DNA of 33,341 bases from Octopus bimaculoides (GCF_001194135.2 NC_068981.1:50837480-50870820), one strand, 5' to 3'. Shown: positions 1 through 11,426, counted from the stretch's first letter. The notes: a model not told the origin generated them from the letters alone. Program-made: numbers and translations.

Positions 1-1081
1 CTGGTGCAAAACACTGGTGCGAGTTATACGCCTCGTTTTCTCCCCCACTTTTTTTTATTTCTACTCATTACGAAGCAAACGCATCAGTTGAAGCATATTT
101 TATGACGAATTCTCAAGGTGAAATATAATTATCACTGCATACTCACTGATATACTTTATGATCAATTCTCTCAAAAGATACAGCCATCTCTACATTCAGA
201 TATGTAATATATGTGTGAACTGGGGGGGGGGAGTAATGCGAAATAAGTGTTTCTAAAAATATTCCTTTTGCAGATTATTTAGTTTTAAAATAGCAAATTT
301 ATGACATTTTTTCTATCGAATTCGATCATTTTATTCTTCATTGGCAAATGAACATAAATAAAATACTCACACACTCAAAAACATGCAAAAATTCTGAGAA
401 AATAATACGCTTAACTGAAGAACTGTGATGACATTGACTACATTCACTTTGTTGATATATTAACGCTCAATATTGCTAAAGAATGAACATTACTATTTGC
501 ATGAAATAAGTTGTGAAAAGTAACCTTAATGAAATGGCTATTTGCTGAAAATATTTTCAGCTACTAAGTAAATATGTGTACAGAGAATTACTATTATTAA
601 ATAACGGAATATGGTATAGGTTTTGGTGAGTTCTGCAACCATAAATATTGATTTCTATTGATGAATTACCTGGAATATTTGCGGCACAATCTACAGAATA
701 GAACTAGGTTAGTGCTGGTCCTTAAATATAAATAAATTGCTATGTTATAACATATTGTTAAATCTGCTGGGTTTGGAAAAGTTAGAAAATGTTGCTCCAA
801 AACAACTTTAGATAATTACATAAATGTATATGCACATGTGGGTATATGTGTGTGGGGAGGATGGAAGGATGAATTTTTGTGTGCATGCATGTGCAAGGGG
901 AGAGTGAGAGAGTATAATTAAATAAAGACAAGTAAAACGCAAACATCCGCTACAAGAGAACTGTCCTATTTTATCATCTGTTGAACGAAGTCGAAGGGAA
1001 TTTCGGCACATAATCAATACAGTTGCTATCTAGCATCCGACTACAGTGATAGTGCATGCACACTAGTGTATCAAAATAAAC

Positions 1082-1083
<2 letters not shown>

Positions 1084-1148
<65 letters not shown>
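1084..1148. repeat. (TA)n microsatellite
   Basis: Direct: TA run with one G interruption. Confidence 0.95.
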
Positions 1149-1149
<1 letters not shown>

Positions 1150-2474
1150 GAGGTAATTTTCTATTCACCCAACAAATTACCTCGTGTGGCTATGATAAAA
1201 AAATATAGGACGAAGAGAGGAAAACTTTTAAGCAGTGAAGTCTTTCACCAGGATACAGTAAAATGTCTCGCTAAGGGGGAATAAGAATAGGTAGCTGGAT
1301 GCTAATCACTGAAAAGAGAGACAGGTAAGGCAAAGTAAAGGTTAGCGGATACAAGATAAGAAGCGATGAATATATTTAATCATGAAATTAGTGTGGAAAT
1401 TTTTTGAAATTCAGCAGGGAGGGAGTAAGAGATATAACAGAATAGAATGGGAGAGGGAACAAGAGGAGAAAGATATAGAAACTCGAAAGAGAGATACGAA
1501 AGGTATCAAACCGTTGGTCTCTGAAGGAGAAATATATTTACAGTTTAGGGAATTTTTAGAGTGGTGTTACGGTCAAAAAAGCATGGAAATTTAAGCACAG
1601 AATTTACATACGACAACCCCCACCACACAACTGCACGCATACAAACACATATATCTGTGCATAATTGTACACATATACACACATATACAAGCAATGCATA
1701 TATAAACATATATCTCCGTGTATATGTGCGTATACAAAAGTTTTAGAGTGGCTCAATCAAAATACACCAAAACTACATGTATGTGTGCGTGGGGATGTAC
1801 TTCACTTACAATACTATTCCATCACTCACTCACTGAGCAATAGTCACCTACGATTTTCTAACAATGTATTCTGACCATGGTGAAATCAACTTAGTGCCTT
1901 TCAAATGTTAAATGTTGAGAGTTGAGCTAAGGTTTACATTACTACTAAGATATTATCAATATAGGCTGCCAAACAAATAAGCGCACTCGACCTATAGTAT
2001 TTACGTATTGATTGCAAAACACAGGAACACATAGACTAACGAGAATTAGGCAACAGGCCCTGTGAGCCCTCCAGGCCACTGGTCACTGTGCCTCTACCTG
2101 AAGATGGCACTGTTAAAGCCTTTTATTTCTCAAGTAACATTAATCAGGATGCTCTTATTTCATGATGATCAGAAACTTTGATTTAGGTACATATTTTTAG
2201 TGTAGTCTTTGATGAGTCATGTTTATTTATTTACATTCAAGCAGTACACCCACACACCATCATCCACATACCTACACATTACAGATGTACACACTTACGC
2301 ACACATCCATACGTCAAAGTCACTAGCCCTTATCTACACACACGCACACTCTCACACACGCGCACACATCTGCACCTTCGTTTTGATAAAGACTTTTCCA
2401 CTTTTCCAAACGTCAAACACCTCCTTGTTGTTCATACAACTGTCTTCTTATTTTGATTTTTGGTAAACTTCAAC

Positions 2475-2508
<34 letters not shown>

Positions 2509-2509
2509 T

Positions 2510-2892
2510 GGACCTAACTCTGTTATATGCGTCAACCTAATTGAAGGATCGGAGTTCTCCTTCAAACAAGGTCAATGTTTTACAGTGATAAACAACTTCC
2601 CATATGCTTCGGAAAACTTTATATATGCGTTAACTTGCTTAGGGCGTCGAAAACAATACATTGGTGAAACTAAAAACAGTCTATACCAGAGAATGAGCGT
2701 ATATAGATTCCAGATTAAAGTAAGAGGATACAGAAAAATAGTATTAAGTGAACAAATCGACATTTGCGTCACTAACGAACAACCCAACTTAATTATTTTT
2801 TCCCTCTATTAATTCGGGATCAATGCAACCTGTAATCAGCGCATTAGCGAAAGATCATATTTTATCACAATATATAAATCTCTTTTAAATGC
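2510..2892 (+). mobile_element. Penelope-like element (Neptune-like), decayed GIY-YIG endonuclease fragment
   Basis: ORF 2453-2812 reads EGSEFSFKQGQCF...ENFIYALTCLGRRKQYIGETKNSLYQRMSVYRFQI...LSEQIDIC, the IY..C..YIGET..L..R..H layout of PLE GIY-YIG domains. After a stop it continues RISERSYFITIYKSLLN. It is homologous to 11900-12204 (shared EGSEF, SEN.IY...C, YIG). Confidence 0.85.
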
Positions 2893-3391
2893 TTCCACTG
2901 GAGATGACGCTACTGAAAGGAACTTAATGATATTCATGCATATGTTAAAAACGATAGATATATCAACAACAGTAGCTTCCCACGAAGTTATTTAGAACAA
3001 ATTCAAACCACTACTGCTACAACCACAACAGGTCACTTTTAGATCACTTGACCATCAAAGAAGATTTCACGAAGTGTACTACGGCGTCATACCACTCCCC
3101 TCTTTTTCTTTTCTTTCTTCTTCTTCCTCTTCTTTTCCTATTCATTTTCTTTTTCTCCTCCTCCTCTTCCGTCATCTCCCTCCTCGGCTGCTATTTCTTA
3201 AACCATCTAGCTTCAGTATCAACTTTTTTCTGTACCCATAAAGACTATTTCGTCAAATCTTCTACTACCTACGGAGCCTTCACAAAGGCCTGCCTATTTG
3301 AAGACTATGGAAATATTTACAAAACATTTCATCTAATTTATTTTCCAATTTAATTGCTTTTCTTGCTTTTCTTGCTTTTCTTGCTTTTCTC

Positions 3392-3429
3392 TTAGTTGAA
3401 AAAGTCGAAATGACTGAAACTGGTACTAA
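3392..3429 (+). ncRNA. Decayed minimal type-I hammerhead ribozyme in the PLE 3' region
   Basis: TTAG-TTGAAAA-AGTC gaaat GACT-GAAA-C TG G-T-A-CTAA. Stem I is TTAG/CTAA, stem II is AGTC/GACT, GAAA is intact, the cleavage triplet is GUA. The core differs from CUGANGA by two transitions. It lies about 500 nt downstream of the GIY-YIG fragment on the same strand. Confidence 0.7.
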
Positions 3430-3491
3430 CCTTTACAAAATGTACTTCATGATATTATTATTTTAGCATTTTCTACCTTGTCTAATTTTAC

Positions 3492-3492
<1 letters not shown>

Positions 3493-3576
<84 letters not shown>
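3493..3576. repeat. (CA)n microsatellite
   Basis: Direct: about 40 CA units. Confidence 0.95.
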
Positions 3577-3580
<4 letters not shown>

Positions 3581-4496
3581 AACAAACATAGCCATAGATA
3601 TGTTTGCAAATGTGTTCTGTCTGTGTGTGGGTAAGTGGTTAGCTTTGCTGAAATAAAATTATTTATTGCATTCATATTAAGAAAAAATAAAATTTATATT
3701 TATTCATAAAAAAGTAGTTAATAATCTATGCTTCTGGCATGCCTTTTAGTCTCATTTATGCTTGGAATTGTTTTCAATATTGCCGTCATTGATTTACATT
3801 AATGTTTTTGCTTTACGTGTTTTTTTTTGTTTTTTTTTGTGGTGTTGCGTTTGAAATTGCTTCAGGTAAATTTTGCTAACTTACATATTTTTCTTAATTC
3901 GGATTTAAGTTAATGAGCAGTTATCAAATCGTAAATTGGTTTTACGTGTACACAATATCAAAAATATGAGTAATGTTTATCAATCATTTTTGATAATTTG
4001 GCAAACCATAACATTGATTTAGCAGACACTCAGCAATTCTTACGCAACCCCATACAATTTATTTAATAGTAAATATCGAGACTTTGCATTAAACAAGAGT
4101 TGCTTGATATTCATTCGTAAAAAGCATGAATTATATATTTCATGTAATTTTAAGTTAGATATATTGTAACATTCATATATTTCATATAACGCGAAATTAT
4201 TCATATTGCGTCTGGATATGCATCTACATTGGATAGAGGATGTAATCGATAAAGTTGTAATTTTGCATGAGTAATATCTGTTTTTTGCAAATTAGAATGA
4301 TATGTCAAAGATCTAAACGATGTAAAATCGGTGTCCCATTTTCAATGGGGCAGTTTCCTATGGCACGGGCAATCAGTTAAACTTGAAATCGAATTTTAGC
4401 TACAATAAATATGAAATTCCTGAGAAAAGTTTCATTAGCTTGTGGTGGGATGTGCACATACACACACATATGCGCACATATATAAAGATTTAAATA

Positions 4497-4737
4497 TGTG
4501 AGTGTCTGATCAATAAGTATCCGGACTGTTACGATAGTAACGAAGCTAAAGCACGGAGACTGAAGCCGCGTGAAACAGATTGACCGTTAAGTCTTGTGCC
4601 CGCGTACTAAGTTCTAACGTGCCAGCTTACTTCTGCTGTTAACAGCAGTGTGTAGCATGTGACCATCTCATTAACCATGACAGAGAATCCGCATCACATT
4701 CTGCCAAAAGCTTTGCGATACTTGCTCAGAGGTCTAC
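4497..4737 (+). mobile_element. Mariner (Tc1/mariner) 5' end: TIR, 5' UTR and first transposase codons
   Basis: Mariner-type TIR gagtgtctgatcaataagtatccggactg at about 4500-4528. ATGACAGAGA at 4678 is followed by atccgcatcacattctgccaaaagctttgcgatacttgctcagaggtctac, a decayed MTE...RI.I.FCQKL(G)DTCSE.Y N-terminus. Confidence 0.75.
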
Positions 4738-5192
4738 ACGATGTTTTCAAAAGGTTGTCATCATTCTCGACACAATGAAGGAGATCTCGTGCAACTGACA
4801 CCCGGGTGTTTTTTTGGTCAATTGAAAGCAGTTTTGGCACAAACCTGGCAGAGACGTGTCTCATACCTAAATCTTCATTGATGATGAATTGAACTGAACC
4901 GTAACTAATCTGCACATCCTCTGATAACTCCTCGATGGTGATTCGACGATTTGCCTTCGCAGTTGCTCGCACATTTGCGATGTTTTTCTCTGTTCTGCTG
5001 GTTGTGGGTCTCCCAGAACGTTCATCAATATAGATATTTTTTCAGCCATCTTGGAAACGTCTGAACCACTCCTACACTTGTGTGCGGTTCATACACTCTT
5101 CTCCATGAATTTCTGCAACTTTGCGTGGGCCTCTGAGCAGGTATCGCCATCATAACTTTCTGTGTCATGGCCAACGCGACGATCATGCGCTA
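4738..5192 (-). mobile_element. Mariner transposase fragment (HTH region), frameshifted, ending just before the first catalytic Asp
   Basis: Minus frames give GDTCSEAHAKLQK/GEECMNRTQV*EWFRRF/DERSGRPTTSRTEKNIANVRATAKANRRITIEELSEDVQISYGSVQFIINEDLGMRHVSARFVPKLLSIDQK. These include the mariner RSGRP and (W/F)VP.LL motifs. Confidence 0.92.
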
Positions 5193-5199
5193 TATATAT

Positions 5200-5290
<91 letters not shown>

Positions 5291-5310
5291 TATATATAGA
5301 TAGATAGATA
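5191..5310. repeat. Compound (CA)n(TA)n(GATA)n microsatellite
   Basis: Direct. Confidence 0.9.
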
Positions 5311-5546
5311 ACATTCTGTATGCATAAATAACTATATACATATATACATTGTTAACATCCTTGTTATGCAATGTGTATCGAGAAACACCCATGAATATTA
5401 AGCCACTCAGATGAAAAAAATGGCAACGGAGTGGCGATACTTACTTTGCACGCAGATGCATTTTTTCGCAAATTATAGTGTGGCTCACAACGCGTTGCAC
5501 ACCTATGCTTTTCAATTGAACTGAAGTAAGTGTTGTACGTGTTTTA

Positions 5547-6220
5547 CTAAACTTGCTTATCGGTAAATTTGAATTTTTTTTTTTACTTTTTTTACGTATC
5601 ACCATTATCGATAGGTATTTATGAACTGGTAAACATTGGGAAATTACTCGTAAATAAACGAAACTCTCGAATCCATCACATACACATACGCGCGCCCGCG
5701 CACACACAACGATCTATACACAGGCAGACGAGGGTCGATTCACTTGAAAAAGTAAGTGAACAAAATGAAATATTTATAGAAAATATTGCATAGACTTTGA
5801 ATGTCTTTCAATGATGACAGGTAAATCCCATGAACTATCGTTCGTTGTAGGATATATATAATATGACCACTTGCCTATCGGGAAATTTGTAATTTCGAAT
5901 TTTTAAAACACTTTATTTTTTGTTAAGTACCACCTTTATAGGTATATATATATTCCAGTGAAATTAAGAAATCAATTCCTTAAGGAATGAAACCCTCGAA
6001 TCCATCACTGTAAAGTCGCAGATCTATGTATGTAATCATGTATTTTTGAAGATAATGAAACCAAATTCACATCATTTCGAGTCACTCAAACAATGAGCAT
6101 TTGTGCCAAATTTATTAAAAATCCGTTCAGCTATTTTCCAGTAATTTTGCAAAAACAGAAACAAACAGACTAAGATGAGTGATTACAATACTCTGCTTCG
6201 CTTATGCATGCAGGGTAACT
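5547..6220 (+). repeat. Two related copies of an unclassified non-autonomous repeat (about 5547-5680 and 5870-6220)
   Basis: Both start acttgc(t/c)tatcgg(t/g)aaatttg and contain gaaac(t/c)ctcgaatccatcac, with ataggtat in between. No coding capacity seen. Confidence 0.55.
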
Positions 6221-6504
6221 ATACATTTCATCAGTTGAACGGTTTATTTACCAATAACAATTGACATGAAATAAATGCATTCGAATTTAGAGATGGTACA
6301 TACAAGTAACGGTCAATAGACATTCGGTGCATATGAACGAGCAAAGAATCTAAGAATCGTTATCTAAGAATCAGAATGATTCAGGCTTAATGAGAAACAA
6401 TATTTGATGGGAAACAATATTTAATATAGCAAAAGTAATTCTTAGTGAACATAACAACTTATGGCAAACGAGATAAAGAAGTTTTGCTAAAAATAATACT
6501 GTGC

Positions 6505-6562
6505 TCATTGCCTGTTTTCATACTCAAGAATTAGTTCTTGTAAATGAGATAAGGAAATTTTC
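6505..6562 (-). CDS. Weak candidate terminal coding exon of an unidentified minus-strand gene
   Basis: Acceptor-like gctattcccactAG, then G-AAA-ATT... = (R)KISLSHLQELILEYENRQ*. A minus-strand AATAAA lies at about 6245. It is phase-compatible with the candidate exon at 12737-12806. No homology recognised. Confidence 0.2.
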
Positions 6563-6901
6563 CTAGTGGGAATAGCAGTGCAATGGGAATGGATATTTCT
6601 TTTCTTTTTTAGTACCAAAGACAAATTTAATATTTGGAAAATAAGGAAAATACTGTGAATTAGGAGATCATAATATGCACGAGAAAATGGATGCATAGGC
6701 ATCAAGCATCGTCAAAGACTAGACACGCTAGTTCGGTTGCATTTTCTTGTAGGGTTTCTATTAATAATTAATCATTAAAACATCTGAGACACTATGTTGT
6801 TGGAAGTTCTGTCAGTAACCAATCTCTAGATGCATAAAACTGTTCTTTTTTATGTTATATCCAGAAAGCAAATACACCAATATTGGCAAACAATATAAAC
6901 A

Positions 6902-7053
6902 CGTGTGTGTGTGTGTGTGTGTGTTAGAGAGAGAGAGAGAGAGAGAGAGAGATTGAGTGCGAGTGTGTGTGTGTGTGTGCGAGCGTGTGTGTATGTATGC
7001 GAGCGTGTGTATGTGTGTGTGTATGTATGCGAGCGTGTGTATGTGTGTGTGTG
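6902..7053. repeat. Compound (GT)n(AG)n and degenerate GT-rich microsatellite
   Basis: Direct. Confidence 0.9.
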
Positions 7054-7387
7054 TCTTTAAAAAAACAATGACACAACCTCGTTTAGAAAGAAAGCTTTTG
7101 TATTCTGAAGCGGTTCCAGTGTTTACAATTGATTAATCTTACATGTTGTGAGGTACTGTGAAAGCAGGAAGTTGCTTTTAGTCACTATCTATACGTATTA
7201 CTCCATAAGACATACGCTTGAAAGACTCTAAATAGTGAAAGCACTTAACACGTTACCGCAACTTCCTTATAAAAGGCGTGTGATTCTGATTTGTAAACAT
7301 CTTTCCAACAATTAATAATTTTAAATTAAAAATAACCTTTTCACATATTTTAACTGTACAAAATCTTTTGTAAAAGCTTTATTGAAT

Positions 7388-8010
7388 AAGTAATGTTTAT
7401 TGCCACTTATACATGGCTGATCCGTATGAACAGGTGTTACTGCTATTTTAACCCCAGGATGATATCTGCAACTGCTTTTTCGATGCAATCTGCACCTCTT
7501 ATACATTGCAGGCAGGGGAGTGAACCCCGACAATCTTCCAGCCACGATATCGCCAAACAGTACGGTTTCAATCTCTTTGTCGTCATCCTCGGTACTGGAT
7601 AGTCCTCTGTTAGAGACAGTTGTAGTTAAATCTAGCTCGCAATATATAGAAAACAAATGACCCACAGTCTCATCTTGCAACAAGCAAATTAGCTTGCAAG
7701 AAAATTATAGAAATAAGATATGAAAGTAGTAATTATACAGAGAAGTAAAGTTTATCGCCACTTAAATATGCAGCTGCTCCGTAAGAACAAACGTTACTGC
7801 TATTTTAACCACAGGAGGACGCTTCCTCTAGCTGGTTATTCGACGCAAGATCAGTAAATGCGTCTCACTTGTTTTCTATATCTATCTCCACCGGGCGAGT
7901 ACCCAACACCAAGTATGACCACAAAGAGGTCGAAACCTTACTGTCTGGTGGTCTCGTGGCTGGAAGATGGCAGTGTTTACACTCCTACTTGCAATATATA
8001 AGGAGTGCAG
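7388..8010. repeat. Two copies of an unclassified repeat, one internally inverted
   Basis: Direct repeat 7388-7462 vs 7743-7819 (aagtaa.gtttat.gccactta...gttactgctattttaacc.cagga.ga). Inverted repeat about 7485-7700 vs 7828-8010, visible in the ORF track as DDKEIETVLFGDIVAGR (-) vs DHKEVETLLSGGLVAGR (+). Confidence 0.8.
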
Positions 8011-8229
8011 ATATTTTGGAAATGTTACAGAAATGCACGAGTACTCAAGGCCACCACAAACAACAAAATGCCCTGTGTCACCACCACTGACCGCTATCGA
8101 TACCTTATATGTTACAGCATTATTACTGCTGATTGTGAGGGGCCTTGTAAAGTCCAACCAACGCAAAACCCCATTTCTATGAGATTTAGTTAATGTAATC
8201 AAGCAATATTCATGGTACTTAGAGAAACA

Positions 8230-8860
8230 CGCCTGAGCGTTACTATGCTTGATTCGGAGATACACGTACCAAATTACGCGTTATTTCGAAATGACTGGAG
8301 AGAAAGAATTCATGGTGAAGTGGCGGTGTTCATCCAGGATGTCCGGCTGTCATACTCAAACACTGCTAGTACATATTAACAGATCAAAATTGGAATATGT
8401 ACTACATATTGCCCACCAGATGATCCAAATCATAGGGACTCGTTCGAAAAGAGTTTCATAAGAATGGGGAAAGTATTAACCAACCTATATGACAGCCTTC
8501 CCATACTGCTTGGAAACTTCAGTTTCCCTAATGTTGAATGGCCTGAAGACTCAGGAGGGATTGGCACCAAACTTTAGCATCGGAAGCTATACCAGCACCC
8601 GAACAGGACGTCAATTTGCTGTCCCAACCGCCCTAGTACTCCTGTCTACATTCAAGAACATGTACTCTAATAACTTGGGATATAAGGGTCCATGGGTATT
8701 TAATATGTTGCCACAACATTTGAAAGTTTAACATGGAGTACCGATGTTTAAAAAACTACTTGACCTCCTGCAGGCCAAAGTCCCAATAAAACTACATCAA
8801 GGGAAGAATCCCAAGATACGGCAGCAATTTCGGACTCACTCTTTCACCAAAAGTTAATTT
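8230..8860 (+). mobile_element. CR1/L2-type LINE, decayed 3' end of ORF2
   Basis: INRSKLEY..., EGLAPNFSIGSYTSTRTGRQFAVP...YSNNLGYKGPWVFNMLPQHLK, then FKKLLDLL..KVP. This is the post-RT C-terminus typical of CR1-group elements. Multiple stops and frameshifts. Confidence 0.75.
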
Positions 8861-8911
8861 CATGTTGCAGCATAGGCTGAAATGTATCTAAAAGAATAAG
8901 AGAATGAAAGG

Positions 8912-8983
<72 letters not shown>
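8912..8983. repeat. (TG)n microsatellite running into an assembly gap
   Basis: Direct; N run follows at about 8984-9634. Confidence 0.95.
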
Positions 8984-9691
8984 NNNNNNNNNNNNNNNNN
9001 NNNNNNNNNNNNNNNNNNNNNNNNNNNNNNNNNNNNNNNNNNNNNNNNNNNNNNNNNNNNNNNNNNNNNNNNNNNNNNNNNNNNNNNNNNNNNNNNNNNN
9101 NNNNNNNNNNNNNNNNNNNNNNNNNNNNNNNNNNNNNNNNNNNNNNNNNNNNNNNNNNNNNNNNNNNNNNNNNNNNNNNNNNNNNNNNNNNNNNNNNNNN
9201 NNNNNNNNNNNNNNNNNNNNNNNNNNNNNNNNNNNNNNNNNNNNNNNNNNNNNNNNNNNNNNNNNNNNNNNNNNNNNNNNNNNNNNNNNNNNNNNNNNNN
9301 NNNNNNNNNNNNNNNNNNNNNNNNNNNNNNNNNNNNNNNNNNNNNNNNNNNNNNNNNNNNNNNNNNNNNNNNNNNNNNNNNNNNNNNNNNNNNNNNNNNN
9401 NNNNNNNNNNNNNNNNNNNNNNNNNNNNNNNNNNNNNNNNNNNNNNNNNNNNNNNNNNNNNNNNNNNNNNNNNNNNNNNNNNNNNNNNNNNNNNNNNNNN
9501 NNNNNNNNNNNNNNNNNNNNNNNNNNNNNNNNNNNNNNNNNNNNNNNNNNNNNNNNNNNNNNNNNNNNNNNNNNNNNNNNNNNNNNNNNNNNNNNNNNNN
9601 NNNNNNNNNNNNNNNNNNNNNNNNNNNNNNNNNNTATATATATTATATATATACCTGTAAATATATTATGTGACAATTATTCGGTAGCCAT

Positions 9692-9752
9692 GATAAAACT
9701 CTGAGTTTCGGATGTCGGGGCGGAAACCCACGCCGGCATCCCTTCAGTTATC
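9692..9752 (-). ncRNA. Near-intact type-I hammerhead ribozyme
   Basis: Minus strand: GATAA-CTGAAG-GGATG(ccggcgtgggtttccgccccga)CATCC-GAAA-CTC a GAG-T-T-TTATC. Stem I GATAA/TTATC is perfect. Stem II GGATG/CATCC extends to a GTTT loop. Stem III is ACTC/GAGT. Core nucleotide A9 is absent and the cleavage triplet is GUU. Confidence 0.85.
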
Positions 9753-9759
9753 GAGCCAT

Positions 9760-10322
9760 CAAAAAAATGCTATCAAAATGACCGTTAAACAAAGGGAAAT
9801 TATATGATTGACCGTTATTAAGACAAGAGTTATTAGAATGACCCCCAAGTAAGGGGAGGTTGTAAAGGTAACGGAGTGAAAATGTTCATAGCAATCGCGT
9901 AAGCGCGCATGTCCATGCATAAACATGCGCGCCGGCACACACACGTACATCTGCCTATATGTATATACTCATCCACCCTCACTTGAAACACACTCATACG
10001 CTCACCCACACATTCGCCAAAAATATATATACATACACATACATGCTCGCACACACACGCGCGCACAAAAAAGGTTCACACGCACGTCTATATACGCACA
10101 TGCACAAGAAAAAACAGGGCTAAAGGCAAAATACAGAAAAAATGTAAAAAAGTGTAAAAAAAATATGCAATAGCAATAAAAAGTAAATGAGTGAATATGT
10201 CTATGGCGAACGCGTATGCGCGCCTGTCAATATATACACATGCACGCACACCCACATACATGTGCCTATGTTGCTTATGTGCATATGCTCGACCACACGT
10301 GCTTGAAACATACACATGCGCA
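9760..10322 (-). mobile_element. GT-rich region upstream of the hammerhead, probable PLE 3' UTR/pLTR with internal duplication
   Basis: Leads directly into the minus-strand hammerhead. Composition resembles the GT-rich tail after the PLE at 15.6-16.0 kb. Degenerate direct repeat about 9880-10000 vs 10193-10320. Confidence 0.45.
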
Positions 10323-10324
10323 GT

Positions 10325-11426
10325 GGAAAATGACAGACACCAATCTCAAAGAATGCACTAGTATACCAATAAGAAACTTGATGGAAATGTTGACTTTCTG
10401 TGTAGAAACTATCTACTTCAGTATAGACACGGATATATATCGACATGAGGAGGGTTTAGCTATGGGTTTGCCATTATCACCGATAATAGTCAATATAATC
10501 ATGGAATACTTTGATAAGTTTGCTTTAGGATTAACACCACCAAAATAAACACTATGACTGCGATATGTTGATGACGCCTTCATACTCTGGCCCCACCAGG
10601 AAGATGTCCAAGTGCTGTTAGATTATGTGAACTCAATAAAGCCATCCATACAATTCACAATGGAAAAGGAAGAAAACAATCAGCTGGCATTCCTGGACGT
10701 ACTAATAACACGCACCGAGTATGAATTCAGGACATCCGTATACCTTTACTGGACGATAGCTCAACTTCCATTCCCACCATCCATGCAGTGTAAAGAGAGG
10801 GGATGCTCAGTGCCTAAAACATCGTGCAAAGAATATAAGAAACGATCGTGATACATACCACGAAGAAATGATCAAGCTCAATAACGATTTGTTAAGCAAC
10901 AACTGCCCCAAAAGTATACTATCCACTCCAATTATGAAGAAGAGAGAGGATGAGACCAATAAACTGTCCACAGTCTGTCTACTCTATGTGAAAGGCCTCT
11001 CCAGAAACGTAGAAAAGATATGCAGCCCAGGACAGTATACAACACTTCGAAAATATCTTCTTCGACTAAAAATAGAAGTCAATATGATCAAAGACTGCGT
11101 GTACTCCATCCCATGCAGCTGTGGTAGGTTATACAAAGGCGAACATGCCGCGCCTCAAAATAAAGGTAGACGAACATCGCAAACCTGTAACACGAGAAGA
11201 TATTGATAAATCGGGTATAGCTGATCATGTATGAAAAAATGGAGACCACTTCTCCCTGTGGGATGAAGTTAAAATAATAGACAGAGAACACCACTGGAAA
11301 ATACGAAATCTAAAAGAAGCAGCACATATGCTAGGACACAACAATCTCCTAAGCAGACCAGGTGCAGATATGAATAGCATATGGGAACCGGTATTAAGGA
11401 AGGATAGAAAAATATTAGATTTATAA
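10325..11426 (+). mobile_element. Penelope-like element (Poseidon-like), 5'-truncated decayed RT plus GIY-YIG
   Basis: EGLAMGLPLSPIIVNIIMEYF; LRYVDDAFILWPH; YVNSIKPSIQFTMEKEENNQLAFLDVLI; KDCVYSIPCSCGRLYKGE; SGIADHV; IIDREHHWKIRNLKEAAHM...PGADMNSIWEPVL. These are PLE RT (GLAMG/YVDD) and VY..YIG endonuclease motifs, with stops and frameshifts. Confidence 0.93.

Noticed and set aside
1600-1760. Apparent inverted similarity to the 16130-16260 PLE tail
   Set aside because: Both are CA/TA low-complexity; cannot separate homology from composition by eye.
2098-2124. CTGAAGA-T-GGC...GCC, half of a hammerhead
   Set aside because: No GAAA follows stem II and no stem I or III partner was found; at most a truncated relic.
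808-5392. ORFs with YIYIYI, CVCVCV or HTHTHT runs
   Set aside because: Translations of TA, TG and CA microsatellites.
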